DNA of 64,000 nt, taken from a bacterium (GTDB taxonomy: Bacteria > UBA8248). The position numbers and the translations under genes are program-made. Positions 1 through 10,990 of the stretch are shown piece by piece (the stretch's first letter is position 1; the number at the start of each line of letters is the position of its first letter). The DNA lies in contig CBDATS010000004.1 of NCBI GenBank assembly GCA_965200245.1, forward strand, positions 928,001 through 992,000, given 5' to 3'. The notes beneath the pieces were generated by a model. That model saw only the letters and a list, made by a program, of their open reading frames with translations. It did not search any database and had not been told where the DNA came from.

Positions 1-4
1 CGCC

Positions 5-358
5 GTGGAACCCGTCATCCGCGACTTGAGAACCTCGCTATGGGGGTTCGACACCGGCGCGCGCGCCCTCTTTCCGGGGGACGGCTTCGCCTATAGTCAC
101 TATCACTGGGACGGCCACTGCGGGAAAATCGCGGAAGAGGCCACATCGCTCGATCTAGCGGACGTCCTGGGGGTGTTCGCCGAACGGGCTCTGTTCTGGA
201 CCCGATTCGCCGACATGAACATCTATTCGGATCGCCTCGAGGCGTTGCTCGAAGAACTCGATGTCGCCGTGGTCGCACCCTCTCACGGACTACCGATTCT
301 GGACCTCGCAGTCACCATGCCCAAAGTGCGCGAAGGCCTCATCGCCGGAAACCTTTGA
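5..358 (+). CDS. MBL-fold metallo-hydrolase / FprA-like protein, C-terminal part (runs off window start)
   Basis: LFPGDGF and VVAPSHG motifs typical of the metallo-beta-lactamase fold C-terminus. Confidence 0.6.
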   Translation: MEPVIRDLRTSLWGFDTGARALFPGDGFAYSHYHWDGHCGKIAEEATSLDLADVLGVFAERALFWTRFADMNIYSDRLEALLEELDVAVVAPSHGLPILDLAVTMPKVREGLIAGNL

Positions 359-521
359 GACGCCGCACCCTGTCCTGTGCCTCGTGGGCCGTGAATTGTA
401 GCGAGAACCACGACCCGAAAACCTCCCGAACGCCAAGGCTGTTTACGTGGATGCGTCGCGCGGCAGGAACTTTTCAAACGAGCCGAATCCTCGATTTCTC
501 CTTACCTGATGGAGACCGACA

Positions 522-947
522 ATGCCGAAACAGATTGAATGCGTGGACTGGCCCGACAGGCTCGACGTCTGGACACCCTATTCGATGGCCATTAAGGCAA
601 GCGGGGGAACAACCGTCTATTTCGCGGGAGTCACCGCTGCCCCACCCTACCATCACCATCCCCACCGACCCGAGGAATTCGACACCCTGCCCGGTGATCT
701 CCCGAGCCAGACACGCATGGCTCTCGAGAACCTGAAGAAAAGCCTCGAAGCCGTGGGAGGCGGGTTTCCGGACATTGTCTTCTTTCAATTCTTCTCAACG
801 ACGATGGAGAGTGCCGAGGAAGCGGGCACCATCCGGAAAGAGTATTTCGGTGAGCACCGTCCCGCCTCCACCACAATGCAGGTCGTCCGCCTTGCCACCG
901 ATCCCAGATGCCTGGTGGAGATCAACGCCATAGCGGTTGTGGACTAG
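522..947 (+). CDS. RidA/YjgF family protein
   Basis: PYSMAI, RPAST and LVEINAIA motifs; GGAG RBS upstream. Confidence 0.85.
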   Translation: MPKQIECVDWPDRLDVWTPYSMAIKASGGTTVYFAGVTAAPPYHHHPHRPEEFDTLPGDLPSQTRMALENLKKSLEAVGGGFPDIVFFQFFSTTMESAEEAGTIRKEYFGEHRPASTTMQVVRLATDPRCLVEINAIAVVD

Positions 948-1126
948 AGAGAGCCTCGGCCGCTACCCGGTGACGCGGAACAGGAACATGCCGACCTCGG
1001 CTCGTTGCCCTGGTCGACACTCTCCTTTATCATCCGGTTCCGGCGGGCTATTACCTGCAATGACTTAAACGAGGCGCGCACTCCTTCCCCGGAACAGGCG
1101 CGGCATACCCAATCCAGAGGAGCAAG

Positions 1127-1975
1127 GTGGTGGACATCATCAACGAAGTCGGCGCGACTGCGTTCGTCATTTCCTGTATGCGGGCGATGGAGAAGGATCA
1201 GGAGCACAGACTCTTCGAGGACCCCTACGCGGCCTGGTTCGTCAACGAAGCGGTAGAGGAGAAGGTTCGGGAGCAAATCACCGTTTTCCCGCCCTCGCTC
1301 GAACTGGTCCGATTCCGGGTGTGCGTCTTGAACGAAGTCGTCGAACGCGGCATCGCCGACGGCGTGAAGCAAATCGTCTCGCTCGGATCGGGCTTCGACA
1401 TGCGTGCCCTCATCTATGCGACCGAAGGTGTGAGGTTCTGCGACGTCGATCAACCCGCCGTGCTCGAATTCAAGAACAAGGTACTGGGAGCGAACGGAGT
1501 CACGCCCTTTTCCGGAATCAATTGCAACTACCTCGAAGTGGACCTCCCTGAAAAACTCCGCGAGGCGGGCTTCGATCTGGAAACGCCTGTCCTGTTCATC
1601 TGGGAAGGCAACACCATGTATCTGCCGGAAGATTTGATCCATGATTTTCTGAGCCAGTTGCGCGCGCAGGTTCCGCGCATGACCATCGCCTTCGATTATT
1701 TCTCGGAAAAGGTGATCAAACGCACCTCGGGTGATGAACGAATCAGCGAGGCAACGGACCTTTTCCAAAACAACTTCGGGGTAAAATGGGTGACCGGTTT
1801 CGACGATCTATCCGCCCTCACAGAAAAACACGGACTCGAGGTAGTCAAATCCGAAAGCCTGATGGACTTCGGCGAGCGCCGCGCGCCGCAGTCCGTGGCG
1901 GTCATGAAAGAGTACATGGACCTGGCAGCCGACTTGTTGAAGCTGTATTCCTACTGCGTGCTTCGGGCATCCTGA
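1127..1975 (+). CDS. Class I SAM-dependent methyltransferase (LCM / O-methyltransferase-like)
   Basis: VGATAF..RAME, FEDPYA, QIVSLGSGFDMR, WEGNTMYL motifs. Confidence 0.85.
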   Translation: MVDIINEVGATAFVISCMRAMEKDQEHRLFEDPYAAWFVNEAVEEKVREQITVFPPSLELVRFRVCVLNEVVERGIADGVKQIVSLGSGFDMRALIYATEGVRFCDVDQPAVLEFKNKVLGANGVTPFSGINCNYLEVDLPEKLREAGFDLETPVLFIWEGNTMYLPEDLIHDFLSQLRAQVPRMTIAFDYFSEKVIKRTSGDERISEATDLFQNNFGVKWVTGFDDLSALTEKHGLEVVKSESLMDFGERRAPQSVAVMKEYMDLAADLLKLYSYCVLRAS

Positions 1976-1980
1976 GTTTC

Positions 1981-2058
1981 ATGGACACAAACGAGGTCGG
2001 AGCGACCGCCTTTTTCCCATCATACGTCTGCGAGACGGAAAAAGACGAGCCCCCGTAG
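1981..2058 (+). pseudogene. Truncated copy of the N-terminus of the upstream methyltransferase
   Basis: MDTNEVGATAFFPSYVCETEKD aligns to DIINEVGATAFVISCMRAMEKD, then stops. Confidence 0.6.
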
Positions 2059-2597
2059 TCGAGAAAGGAAACCAGCGCAGAATCACCGAATCAGGCCCCA
2101 GGTCGGTGTTTGCATGCGCTGCGTATCCGAAAACGCCCCCGCTCTCGTCGGTTGGACGGGCCTGTATTCTTCCTGTTTGCCCAAAGCCTCCCGAGACTTT
2201 GCGTCCGCCTGGACGGCGTATCGTCAAGCCACGGTGTTGAGATTAATTTTGCTTGAGTCGTCCCGGAAAGAGGAATTGGCTATCCGGGTCGCTTGATGAG
2301 TTCGCACAACGACGCCATCGACTCTTCGCGCCTGCCGAATTCCTTTCTTCTCTCTGCACCGGGATTCGGCTATCGCCTTGTTGTACGGGTTTCGGCGTCT
2401 TTCGCCGTCCCGTTCCTAGCTGCTTTCCTCGTAGTCACTGGAGCCGATCGATTTCCACCTGCTATACGAACGTGGGTGGAACGGCTGACATACACACCAA
2501 GCCCCACAGGTATGACCGGTTCTGCAAAGTCATCCCAATCCTTCCCATATCGATCGCCGAAAAATTGCCGACTGGAATATGGGTGAATCCATGCCCC

Positions 2598-2975
2598 CTA
2601 CAGTGTGATGACGAGGTCGGGCGCGGCGGGGGCCAGTGCGGCGTAGAGTTGCGGGAAGCAACCGGCACTCACGCCCGCGACCAGACCCTTCGCTTTCACG
2701 TCGCCTGAACCGCATTGCTCGAACGTACCCTCGGCGAGGTTTCGCCGCACGGCGCACTGATCGCCAACCATGAGGAGGATGTTCTGCTCCGCAGCGACCT
2801 TGGCCAGCCGCTCGCCCACCTCGTCGCCCTCGCGCAGGCAGTAGAGATTGTCGTCGAAGAAGAACATGCCGACGACGTTCACCCCGTGGTTACCAGCTTC
2901 GAGTTGAGGCAGGATCATGGTGCCCAGTTTGTAGGTGGCCGACATGTCGGTGGCAAAAATGTATGCGATGTTCAT
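2598..2975 (-). CDS. DsrE-family sulfur relay protein
   Basis: 125 aa, GMFFFDDN, DQCAVRR, GCFPQLY motifs. Confidence 0.7.
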   Translation of the reverse strand: MNIAYIFATDMSATYKLGTMILPQLEAGNHGVNVVGMFFFDDNLYCLREGDEVGERLAKVAAEQNILLMVGDQCAVRRNLAEGTFEQCGSGDVKAKGLVAGVSAGCFPQLYAALAPAAPDLVITL

Positions 2976-3110
2976 TACTCAGATTTCTCCCTATATGCGA
3001 TATGCGTCTCTCGACTGGTGGATGATGCCCAGCTATCTCTTTTCGTATCAGGCGAAGTGATTATTTGTCACCGAAAGCGGGTGTGAGCTTCTCATTCCCT
3101 GCATTCGTCG

Positions 3111-3920
3111 TCAACGCCAGTTTCTCGTTTCAAGGATTTTCCGGAATGGAGGACTCTCCATCGCCCTTTCAGGGTCGATTCGATCAACGGAATTCCTCCT
3201 GACGGTGAAGAAGAACATCTTCTTGTACAAACACCCGGAGGGACAGTCCCCCCACGCCTTGCGGACGACAATATGCCAGACGCCGTCTGTTTTCGACGCC
3301 TCGATGTCGGAACCGTCCCCCAGGTGCGCATCGGGTTCGGCATGCACCACTCCAGTTATTTTTAGGTACGCCTGCCGCGCCACCCGGACGTTCAGGAGAT
3401 CGCTGAAACGCATGATGAGGATGCCTGTGTGGCGGAACGGCCGCACGGCCCTTAATCCGAGCCTCGTGTTCAGGGTGTCGAACGCGCGATTCCCGGTGTG
3501 GAGTGTTACGAGCGCGATTTTACCCTCGAGAAGGTCTGCCACCGTTTTGAACAAACCGGGCTTCACGCCCAGAAGGAGCACGCCTGGCATATGACTCGCC
3601 CGGGCGGAAAAATTCGACACCTCGGGGTACGCATACTTTAGTTTCTTGAGTACTGCTTCAATCTCACCCGAAAGTTCGATCCGCCGCTTCGCATGAAGGA
3701 ACAATTCGACGCTTTGTCTCATAAGAATGCGATCGGCCAGAACGGCAGCCTCTGAAATCTCGGCGGGTCTCCCGTCGTCTGCCAAAACGACCACCGGAGC
3801 CGCATCTGTCGCTGATGCCTGCAGATCGAAGAAAACGAAACAAATCACCGAAATCAGGAAACAACACGCAATGAACGGACGTTCACAACACGCTTTATGG
3901 GAATACAGGGGCCGTTTCAT
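3111..3920 (-). CDS. Hypothetical exported protein with WGDCPSGC motif
   Basis: Long ORF with hydrophobic N-terminal segment and ASA cleavage-like site; C-terminal KAWGDCPSGC. Confidence 0.6.
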   Translation of the reverse strand: MKRPLYSHKACCERPFIACCFLISVICFVFFDLQASATDAAPVVVLADDGRPAEISEAAVLADRILMRQSVELFLHAKRRIELSGEIEAVLKKLKYAYPEVSNFSARASHMPGVLLLGVKPGLFKTVADLLEGKIALVTLHTGNRAFDTLNTRLGLRAVRPFRHTGILIMRFSDLLNVRVARQAYLKITGVVHAEPDAHLGDGSDIEASKTDGVWHIVVRKAWGDCPSGCLYKKMFFFTVRRNSVDRIDPERAMESPPFRKILETRNWR

Positions 3921-4554
3921 TCAGAAACAGGAAATTTCCGGCTCATACATGTCGGCCAGCCCATTTCTGTACGATCAGTACGCCTCTCAAATCTGGCAAC
4001 TCCACCACGCACCGAAGAAGCGAAGGCATGCAAAGGAGGACGGCGGACATTCCTCACATCGCCTCGGGTGGATTCCGCTACCACGTTCAAGGATTTGATC
4101 TCCCGATTCAAAACGGGCTAAAGGACGCCCGGCATGCAGAATCATCTGCCACCGGGTCGACTCCCCTCGAAACTGAATTACACCTTGGCGGATCGACCCG
4201 GACGCAACTCCAAGAAACCTGCTCGACCCGGACGCCAGGGGAACATTCACTCAATTGCACAAACCGTACCTGATTTTTTCGCTCCGCTTCAAGCACCGGA
4301 GGCAGTATCGCGCCTGGACATTCTGGGTTTCCGCAAACGCCCGCCTCGTGGTTGTCAAAGCCGAGCGAATGAGGCGAACCGAGACTTTCCACGGGAAAGG
4401 GGCGGTACGACTGTGGCGGACGGGCGAACAAAGAACGCATTCAGGGAGGGAACACGGCAACCCTGCGGGCGGGGTGGACTTCCGAAATTCGGGAATCATC
4501 CGGGGACCCATCCGGTCAGTCGTCCCAATAGACACCAGAGCCGTCAGGCGACGA

Positions 4555-6058
4555 TCAATCGTCGATGAAGCGCACCTCGGGCTCCAGTTCCATCAGGGAG
4601 GCCAGGGCCTCGAAGCGGCGCACGACGACCTCGCCCAGCATGTTGCGATTGTCTCGGCGACACTGGAACTTGAGTACGCCCCGGCGCGGGGAGGGTTTGA
4701 GCGAAAATCGACCCAGCACACCGGCGACGCCGCCGCACAGGGTTTCGCCCAGCCGCACGGCGGAACCCAGGATTCGCGCGCGGCGGATTTTTCCGCATTC
4801 AGCAGCCGCTCGACAGTGCGCAGTTCCCCATGTGTTTCACGGCCCGTGTAGCGACCGAAAACGGCGAGGGCGAGAAACACCCGTTCCTGGTGGCTGGCAT
4901 GCAGGGCGCCCGCCTGTGCAGCCCGATAGTCGGGATGCACCCGCCAGCCGATATCACTCAGCAGGCAGACGGCGTGGCGCATGCGGCGTTCAGATGCGCT
5001 TTCTTCGGGGAAAAGTCTTTCCGTCCACTCGTACAGTTCGGCGACGCGATCAGGATACCGGGCGGTGCGATTGTAGATGTCGTCCGCAGCACTGAGGAGG
5101 GGATCCTCATTCCGGCTCCGCTCCCCCAGACACGCGTAGGCGAACCCTTCGCGCAGGCCGTGCCCGGAGAAGACGATGTCACGCGGCGCGGCCGCCGTCA
5201 GCAGGCGAACCATCACCAGCGCTGCGAGCGGCAGCAAATCAAGCCGCCTGTTCGAAACACCCCGGACGCCCGTGAGCGATTCGCGACTCTGGCGTGATAC
5301 CAGATCGGCGATTTTCGCGAGTTCACCCCGGTGCAGGCGGTAATGATGAATGATGTTGAGCGGATAGTTCGAATGCGCCATGTGGACATGCGCCAGCGCC
5401 CGCCAGTTACCACCGACGGCGTAGAAGGTGCGTTGTGCATCCTGGAGAGCCAGGGCAGTTCGTCCAGGGCCTTGTCGATGATTCTGCGCGCCACCCTGCG
5501 CTGACCGCCCGAGGCGGCGAAGAGGTTGAGCGGTCCCAGTGGCAGAGTCGCTTGCTCGGCGATGACTCCATCGACCAGATGGACCATTTCGAGGCTGCCG
5601 CCGCCCAGATCACCCACCAAGCCATCTGCGTCGGGAACACCGCTTAATACGCCGAGTGCCGCCATCTCCGCTTCTTCTGCACCCGAGAGCACACGCACGC
5701 GAAAACCGCAGCGCCGCTCCACCTCGGCGACAAACGCGCCGCCGTCTTCCGCGTCTCGTACCGCTGCTGTGGCGATGACGTCGAAACGCGCCACGCCCAT
5801 CGCACGCAACAAGATACCGAAGCGTTCGATGTTCAAGAGTGCCTGTTCAACGCCTTCGGGGTCGAGCATCCCGGTATCGTGCAGGCTGCGTCCCAGACCA
5901 CACAGGATTCTTTCGTTCAACATGGGCAGCGGTGCGCGCCGCAACCCCTCGAACACGACCAGCCGGATCGAGTTGGAACCAATATCAATTACGCCATAGC
6001 ATTCCTGGGTTTCAGTAGCCTCTTCGACAAGGCCTGGTCGTTCAGCCGTCTTCCGCAA
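4555..6058 (-). pseudogene. ppx: Exopolyphosphatase Ppx/GppA, frameshifted as sequenced
   Basis: IDIGSNSIRL, ATAAVRDA, GDLGGGSLE in 5213..6058; continuation HGLREG and SDIGWRVHPDYR in a second frame; C-terminus in a third frame (4555..4758). Confidence 0.85.
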
Positions 6059-8201
6059 TATGCAACCTCGCCGGGCCGCCGGCCCGTCTCAGCGCGCTTC
6101 CGCGGCCGGACAGACTCGGATTTGTCATGAAATAGGTGTGCGCCGTGAAATCTTCTTCCCCGAGTGGCGCGCGCACGTAGTTGCCGTCGTCGGCCATGTT
6201 CCAGCTTTGGGCGTCGTCCTTGAAATTGGCCACCATGATCTGATCAAGCACCTGCTGATGTACTGTTTCGTTCTCAATCGGCACCAGCACCTCGCATCGG
6301 CGGTCGAAGTTGCGAGGCATCCAGTCGGCGGAACTCATGAACACCTTCGCGTGAGGCGATGGCAGCGAGTGGCCGTTGGCGAAACACACGATGCGCGAAT
6401 GCTCCAGAAACCGCCCGATGATGCTCTTGACCCGGATGTTCTCCGACAAACCCGGCACGCCCGGACGCAGGCAGCATATGCCCCGCACCACCAAGTCGAC
6501 CTGAACGCCCGCGGCGCTCGCCTGGTAGAGCTTGTCGATGACCGTTCCGTCAACGAGCGAGTTCATTTTCGCCCAGACCGAAGCCGGCCGACCGGCCTCT
6601 GCATTCGCGATTTCTCCGTCGATCATCTCCAGCACGCACTTGCGAAGTCCTGATGGCGCCACGGCGACGCACTCGAAACTGCGTGGCAGCGCGTAGCCCG
6701 TGGTCAGGTTAAACACCTGGGCGGCGTCGTGCGCAAGACGCTCGTCGCAGGTGAAAAACGAGAGGTCCGTATAGATACGCGCGGTGATTGGATGGTAATT
6801 GCCCGTGCCGAAATGCACATAGCTTCGCAAATCCTCGCCCTCGCGCCGTACCACGCAGGTAATCTTGGCATGGGTTTTAAGCTTCATGAACCCGTAGACC
6901 ACATGGACGCCTGCGCGCTCCAGCGATTGGGAGAGTTTGAGGTTGGTCTCCTCGTCGAAGCGCGCCTTGAGTTCGACAAGTGCTGTCACTGATTTGCCTG
7001 ATTCCGCCGCCGCGATGAGAGCCTTGACGATGGGTGATTCCGCGGTCGTGCGGTAGAGCGTCTGTTTGATCGCCAGCACGCTCGGGTCCGCCGCCGCCTG
7101 TTCGAGAAACTGCACCACCACGTCGAAACTCTCGTAGGGGTGGTGGACGATGATGTCCTTGTGACGGATCGCTGCGAAGCAATCATTGTCGTACTCGCGA
7201 ATACGCTCGGGAAAGCGTGCCCGGTAAGCGGGGAAAACCAGATCCGGCCGTCCGCAATCGATCAACTCGCCGAGTTGTGCCATCCCGATGGTACCGGTCA
7301 ACTCCACGATGTCCTCTGGTTGCGCGTCGAACTCGTCAATCACCAATTCACGCAGCGAGGCTGGCATATCCGCGCTCAGGTTCAATCGCACCACGCCTCC
7401 CAGTCGTCGCCTGCGCAGCATGGTCTCGAACAGCAGGACGAGGTATTCAGCTTCTTCTTCGTATTCAATGTCACAGTCGCGAATGAGGCGAAACACGCCG
7501 CTGCCGACGATCCGGTAGCCGGGGAACAACTGATCGATGAACAGGCGCATCAGATTCTCAAGTGCGATGAAGCGAATCTCCTCCCCCTGCAGGCGGGTGA
7601 AGCGGCGCACCTGATCTGAAAGCGGAACGAGGGCTTGCATCTTGCGTACGCCTTGTTGGGCTTCGAGTTCAATCGCTAGGCAGAAGCCGCGATTGGCGAT
7701 GAAGGGGAACGGATGCGCCGGATCGATGGCGAGGGGCGTGAGCACCGGAAAAACCTGTTTCAGGAAGTACTCACCGAGCCATTCCATACCCTCCGCGCTC
7801 AGGTCCTTCTCGGTCACCATCGAAATGCCAGCCCCGGCCAGTTCCCGCTGCAGGCGCCGCCATACTGCTTCTTGCTCGCAAATCAGCCGCTCGCTCTCCC
7901 GGGTGACTTCGAGCAACTGCTCGGCGGGCGTACGGCCGTCGAGGCTCTTCTGGGTAACGCCGTTTGCCACCTGGCCCTTCAGGCCCGCGAGGCGCACCAT
8001 GAAGAACTCATCAAGGTTGCTTGCAGATATCGAGAGGAAGCGCAGCCGCTCAAGCAGGGTATGGCGAGGATTGCTCGCCTCAGCGAGTACGCGCCAGTTG
8101 AAGGCGAGCCAGGAGAGTTCCCGGTTCAGATAGCGGTGGCGCGGATCGAGGATCGACTCTGCGGCGACGGGGGAGGATTCATCTTCGGCCAGGCGCGACA
8201 T
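6042..8201 (-). CDS. ppk1: Polyphosphate kinase 1
   Basis: [45 protein letters not shown]. Confidence 0.97.
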   Translation of the reverse strand: MSRLAEDESSPVAAESILDPRHRYLNRELSWLAFNWRVLAEASNPRHTLLERLRFLSISASNLDEFFMVRLAGLKGQVANGVTQKSLDGRTPAEQLLEVTRESERLICEQEAVWRRLQRELAGAGISMVTEKDLSAEGMEWLGEYFLKQVFPVLTPLAIDPAHPFPFIANRGFCLAIELEAQQGVRKMQALVPLSDQVRRFTRLQGEEIRFIALENLMRLFIDQLFPGYRIVGSGVFRLIRDCDIEYEEEAEYLVLLFETMLRRRRLGGVVRLNLSADMPASLRELVIDEFDAQPEDIVELTGTIGMAQLGELIDCGRPDLVFPAYRARFPERIREYDNDCFAAIRHKDIIVHHPYESFDVVVQFLEQAAADPSVLAIKQTLYRTTAESPIVKALIAAAESGKSVTALVELKARFDEETNLKLSQSLERAGVHVVYGFMKLKTHAKITCVVRREGEDLRSYVHFGTGNYHPITARIYTDLSFFTCDERLAHDAAQVFNLTTGYALPRSFECVAVAPSGLRKCVLEMIDGEIANAEAGRPASVWAKMNSLVDGTVIDKLYQASAAGVQVDLVVRGICCLRPGVPGLSENIRVKSIIGRFLEHSRIVCFANGHSLPSPHAKVFMSSADWMPRNFDRRCEVLVPIENETVHQQVLDQIMVANFKDDAQSWNMADDGNYVRAPLGEEDFTAHTYFMTNPSLSGRGSALRRAGGPARLHIAEDG

Positions 8202-8289
8202 GCTCTGGGTCCTCTATCGATGCCTCATGGAACATATCGACTTATGGCGACGCGAATTCGATCAGATGATTCGAAACAACTAGGGGAAT

Positions 8290-8684
8290 TCCTCTTCGGA
8301 GAGGCAGGCGAGGACGCACATTCCTCACGCATGATCCACGATGGACGCCACAAGCTCATCTACTACCCTGTCGGACACTTCTTTCAACTCTTCGACTTGA
8401 AAGAAGACCCCGATGAACTCGTGGATCGTTATTCGGACCCCGCTTACGCTGATGTGCTCTCCCGATTAACCGAGATGCTTGAGGAACAGATGTACGGAAG
8501 CGACGAGAAATGGATGGAAGACGGAGAGCTCGTCGGCGAGCCGGGCCGGCAATTCAAACCCGGTCCCGACCGCACGCTGTCCGCCATGCGTGGAGATCAA
8601 TGGCCCTTCCCGCCCGCTACCGAAGAGGGCTCCTTGGAATGGTTCCCGGAGTCTCCTGACGAGAAGACCGACGAAACCGGTTGA
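8290..8684 (+). pseudogene. C-terminal fragment of a sulfatase-family protein
   Basis: RMIHDGRHKLIYYP..FQLFDLKEDPDEL resembles a sulfatase C-terminus; no catalytic N-terminal domain upstream. Confidence 0.65.
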
Positions 8685-9257
8685 GAATTGTCGGACGGAT
8701 TTGGGAATCTTGGTTCGCAGAAAGATTCGAGCAGACTTCCTATACACCCATTGCATGTGTTGTCAGCGGGCTCGAAATTCCGGCCGATGGCCGGCAGTGT
8801 GTTTTATTCATGTTCGGGTTCCCGGGATCTATGAAAACACTTGATTTCCGAAGCTTGATGGTAGGGATTTCCTTTGGAATATCAAGGATATTGGCCAATT
8901 CTGAGGTGAGAGAGCCCGTGGGACTTCCTCCAACTTGAGCGGGAATCAATCAAAATCCGGGCAATTGCACACCAATAGATCGTTCGCGCAAGTTCAGACA
9001 ATCATCACCAGTTACCCGAATCCCTACACCCGCGACGCCGGATGGAGCTAGTCGCAACTCAAGTATCTGGTTGAAATCGCGATATCGCCACCAATCACTA
9101 AAGGCGAAACGCCTTGCGGGTGAAAAAACACGAACAAATCTGGAAAAAACCATGCAATGCAAGGCGCTGTGCTCCGAACGATGAGCGAGTCTGGGTACCA
9201 GTCGCTTTGCCAGGTTGATGCGGAATCTCTTGAATACAACGGAACTCTGCCTTTGGG

Positions 9258-9291
9258 TTGCCTAATTAAGACTAGTCGTATAATCTAGTCT
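9258..9291 (+). promoter_or_regulatory. Promoter with inverted-repeat operator of the TA operon
   Basis: AGACTAG(9269-9275)-N9-CTAGTCT(9285-9291) enclosing TATAAT (9279-9284); TTGCCT at 9258. Confidence 0.6.
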
Positions 9292-9321
9292 AAAATTATC
9301 CGAACCGATAGGGGAATAACC

Positions 9322-9564
9322 ATGGATCATGTCGGTGCCTATGAAGCCAAAACACACCTACCCAAGCTGCTTGACCGGGTTGCGCGCGGCGAAAGCCTGA
9401 CCATCACGCGGCACGGCAAGCCGGTCGCCCGGCTGGTGCCGATGGCCAGTTCTCGCGAACAGGTGGAACGGGCCGTCGCACGCATCGAGAACCGTCGCCG
9501 CCACCTCAAGGGTGCTTCCATGGCGGAACTGATGAAGACCGTCCATGAGGGACACATATGGTGA
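9322..9564 (+). CDS. Phd/YefM family antitoxin
   Basis: GAYEAKTHLPKLLDRV..GE..ITRHGKPVARLVP. Confidence 0.92.
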   Translation: MDHVGAYEAKTHLPKLLDRVARGESLTITRHGKPVARLVPMASSREQVERAVARIENRRRHLKGASMAELMKTVHEGHIW

Positions 9565-9992
9565 AGCCAATCGTCGTCGACTGCTCGGTATTCCTTGCCT
9601 GGTGCCTTGGCGATGAAGAAGAGCCGATGGCGGTAGACGCCATGCGGCAGGTGGCGGCCAACGGTGGCGTTGCGCCGCGCATCTGGTGGTATGAGTTGCG
9701 CAATGCACTGTTGATGAATGAGCGTCGAGACCGCATCTCACCGCAACAGGTGGCGGATACGCTGGCGGACAGTGGGGCGCTCGGGATCGAGATGGACGAT
9801 GGGCATGATGAATCCTCGACTCTTGAACTCGCGCGCCGGTTCCGCCTGACTGTCTATGACGCTGCTTATTTGGAAGTGGCACTTCGGCGAAGCCTGCCGC
9901 TGGCCACGCTTGACCAGCGTTTGTGCAGGGTGGCGCTGGAGATAGGCGTCGCCCTTCATGGCGATAGCCACGCCAGGGACTTGACGCCGTGA
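9558..9992 (+). CDS. vapC: VapC/PIN-domain toxin
   Basis: VVDCS, WWYELRNAL, YDAAYLE, LATLD PIN motifs; overlaps antitoxin. Confidence 0.9.
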   Translation: MVKPIVVDCSVFLAWCLGDEEEPMAVDAMRQVAANGGVAPRIWWYELRNALLMNERRDRISPQQVADTLADSGALGIEMDDGHDESSTLELARRFRLTVYDAAYLEVALRRSLPLATLDQRLCRVALEIGVALHGDSHARDLTP

Positions 9993-10258
9993 CGCAGGAT
10001 ATCGATCCCTATTCGGCTCACAAGAACTTAGGGATGGAGTTGTTGGAAGAGACGTTGCCCGCTTACGCGAGGATAAGCCTGTGCTATACGTAACCCCTCT
10101 CATCAGTCCAGACAGCTTTGAGGAAGAAACCATCGGATGCGTCCTCATTGTGTTCCTCTTAGCTTGGCGGCTGTTTCCGCTCATGGTGCGGACTTTGAAA
10201 AAAGGACTTGAGACATACAAACAGGGGGATTTCGAGGCGATTCCTTGTCACATAGGAG

Positions 10259-10311
10259 GGTCCTGAATGCATGAGTAACGCACCTTTTTAACGCACCCAT
10301 GAATCAGGACC
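10259..10311. repeat. Imperfect inverted repeat enclosing a 9-bp direct repeat
   Basis: GGTCCTGA..CATG / CATG..TCAGGACC flanking two TAACGCACC copies. Confidence 0.5.
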
Positions 10312-10361
10312 TGTCCGCATGACTTGCAAGTAGTTGAAATATCAACTCAAAACTGAAATTT

Positions 10362-10719
10362 TGGTGGAGGCGGCGGGAATCGAACCCGCGTCCGAAAAGC
10401 TTCCGTCGTGAGCGTCTACGCGCGTAGCCGGTGGTAAGGGTTTCGCACGGGCTCAAGCCCACCGGCGGGCCATCATCCGGGCTAGTCCGATTCGAATTCG
10501 CCTAACAGGCTCCGGACCGAAACCTGGGTCGGCTAGTCCGCATCATGACGTTCCACACCTTACCCGCGGACGAGGCAGGGGGGAACGCTCGCTAGCTAGG
10601 CAGCGAGAGCCAGCTCGTTGTCGGCTGGTGAGATTTTGCCACATTGATAACGGGGCCAAGTGGCGTCCCCGGCGCGCAGCTCAGACTTCAAATCCTCCCG
10701 TCGAAACCGGATCGCCCCC
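10362..10719 (-). ncRNA. ssrA: tmRNA; tag peptide ADNELALAA
   Basis: 5' GGGGGCGATCCGGTTTCGAC; 3' GGGTTCGATTCCCGCCGCCTCCACCA; internal GCC GAC AAC GAG CTG GCT CTC GCT GCC TAG; near smpB. Confidence 0.97.
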
Positions 10720-10780
10720 ATAAGAGATAAACCTCGGTACCCGGAGCGGCGATCATCATTCCGGGCCCAATCCAGATACG

Positions 10781-10990
10781 CTATCTGCGACTTCTCCACA
10801 TCCTGGGATAGAAGACGTAACTCAGATACACTGCAGGAAACAGGAATGTCAGCCACAGCCAGAGCAGCCAGTCCTCAAACGCTCCCGGCCAGGTGGCACC
10901 GACCGCCAGGCCGAACGCGGTCATCATGATTTTCAGCAGACTCACCTGCCACCATCGCAAGGTATAGTCCCTGAAAATTTTCCGCATCAT
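10781..10990 (-). CDS. Small two-TM membrane protein
   Basis: 69 aa hydrophobic ORF overlapping the smpB stop. Confidence 0.6.
   Translation of the reverse strand: MMRKIFRDYTLRWWQVSLLKIMMTAFGLAVGATWPGAFEDWLLWLWLTFLFPAVYLSYVFYPRMWRSRR

Noticed and set aside
2060-2590. Possible degenerate gene between the methyltransferase and DsrE genes
   Set aside because: Only short broken frames; no family recognised
3930-4550. Overlapping short ORFs downstream of ppx
   Set aside because: No recognisable motif or preferred frame
10362-10400. tRNA-like 3' end (TTCGA arm + CCA)
   Set aside because: It is the tRNA-like domain of tmRNA, not a separate tRNA
10596-10856. 86-aa ORF ending ADNELALAA
   Set aside because: In-frame extension of the tmRNA tag reading frame
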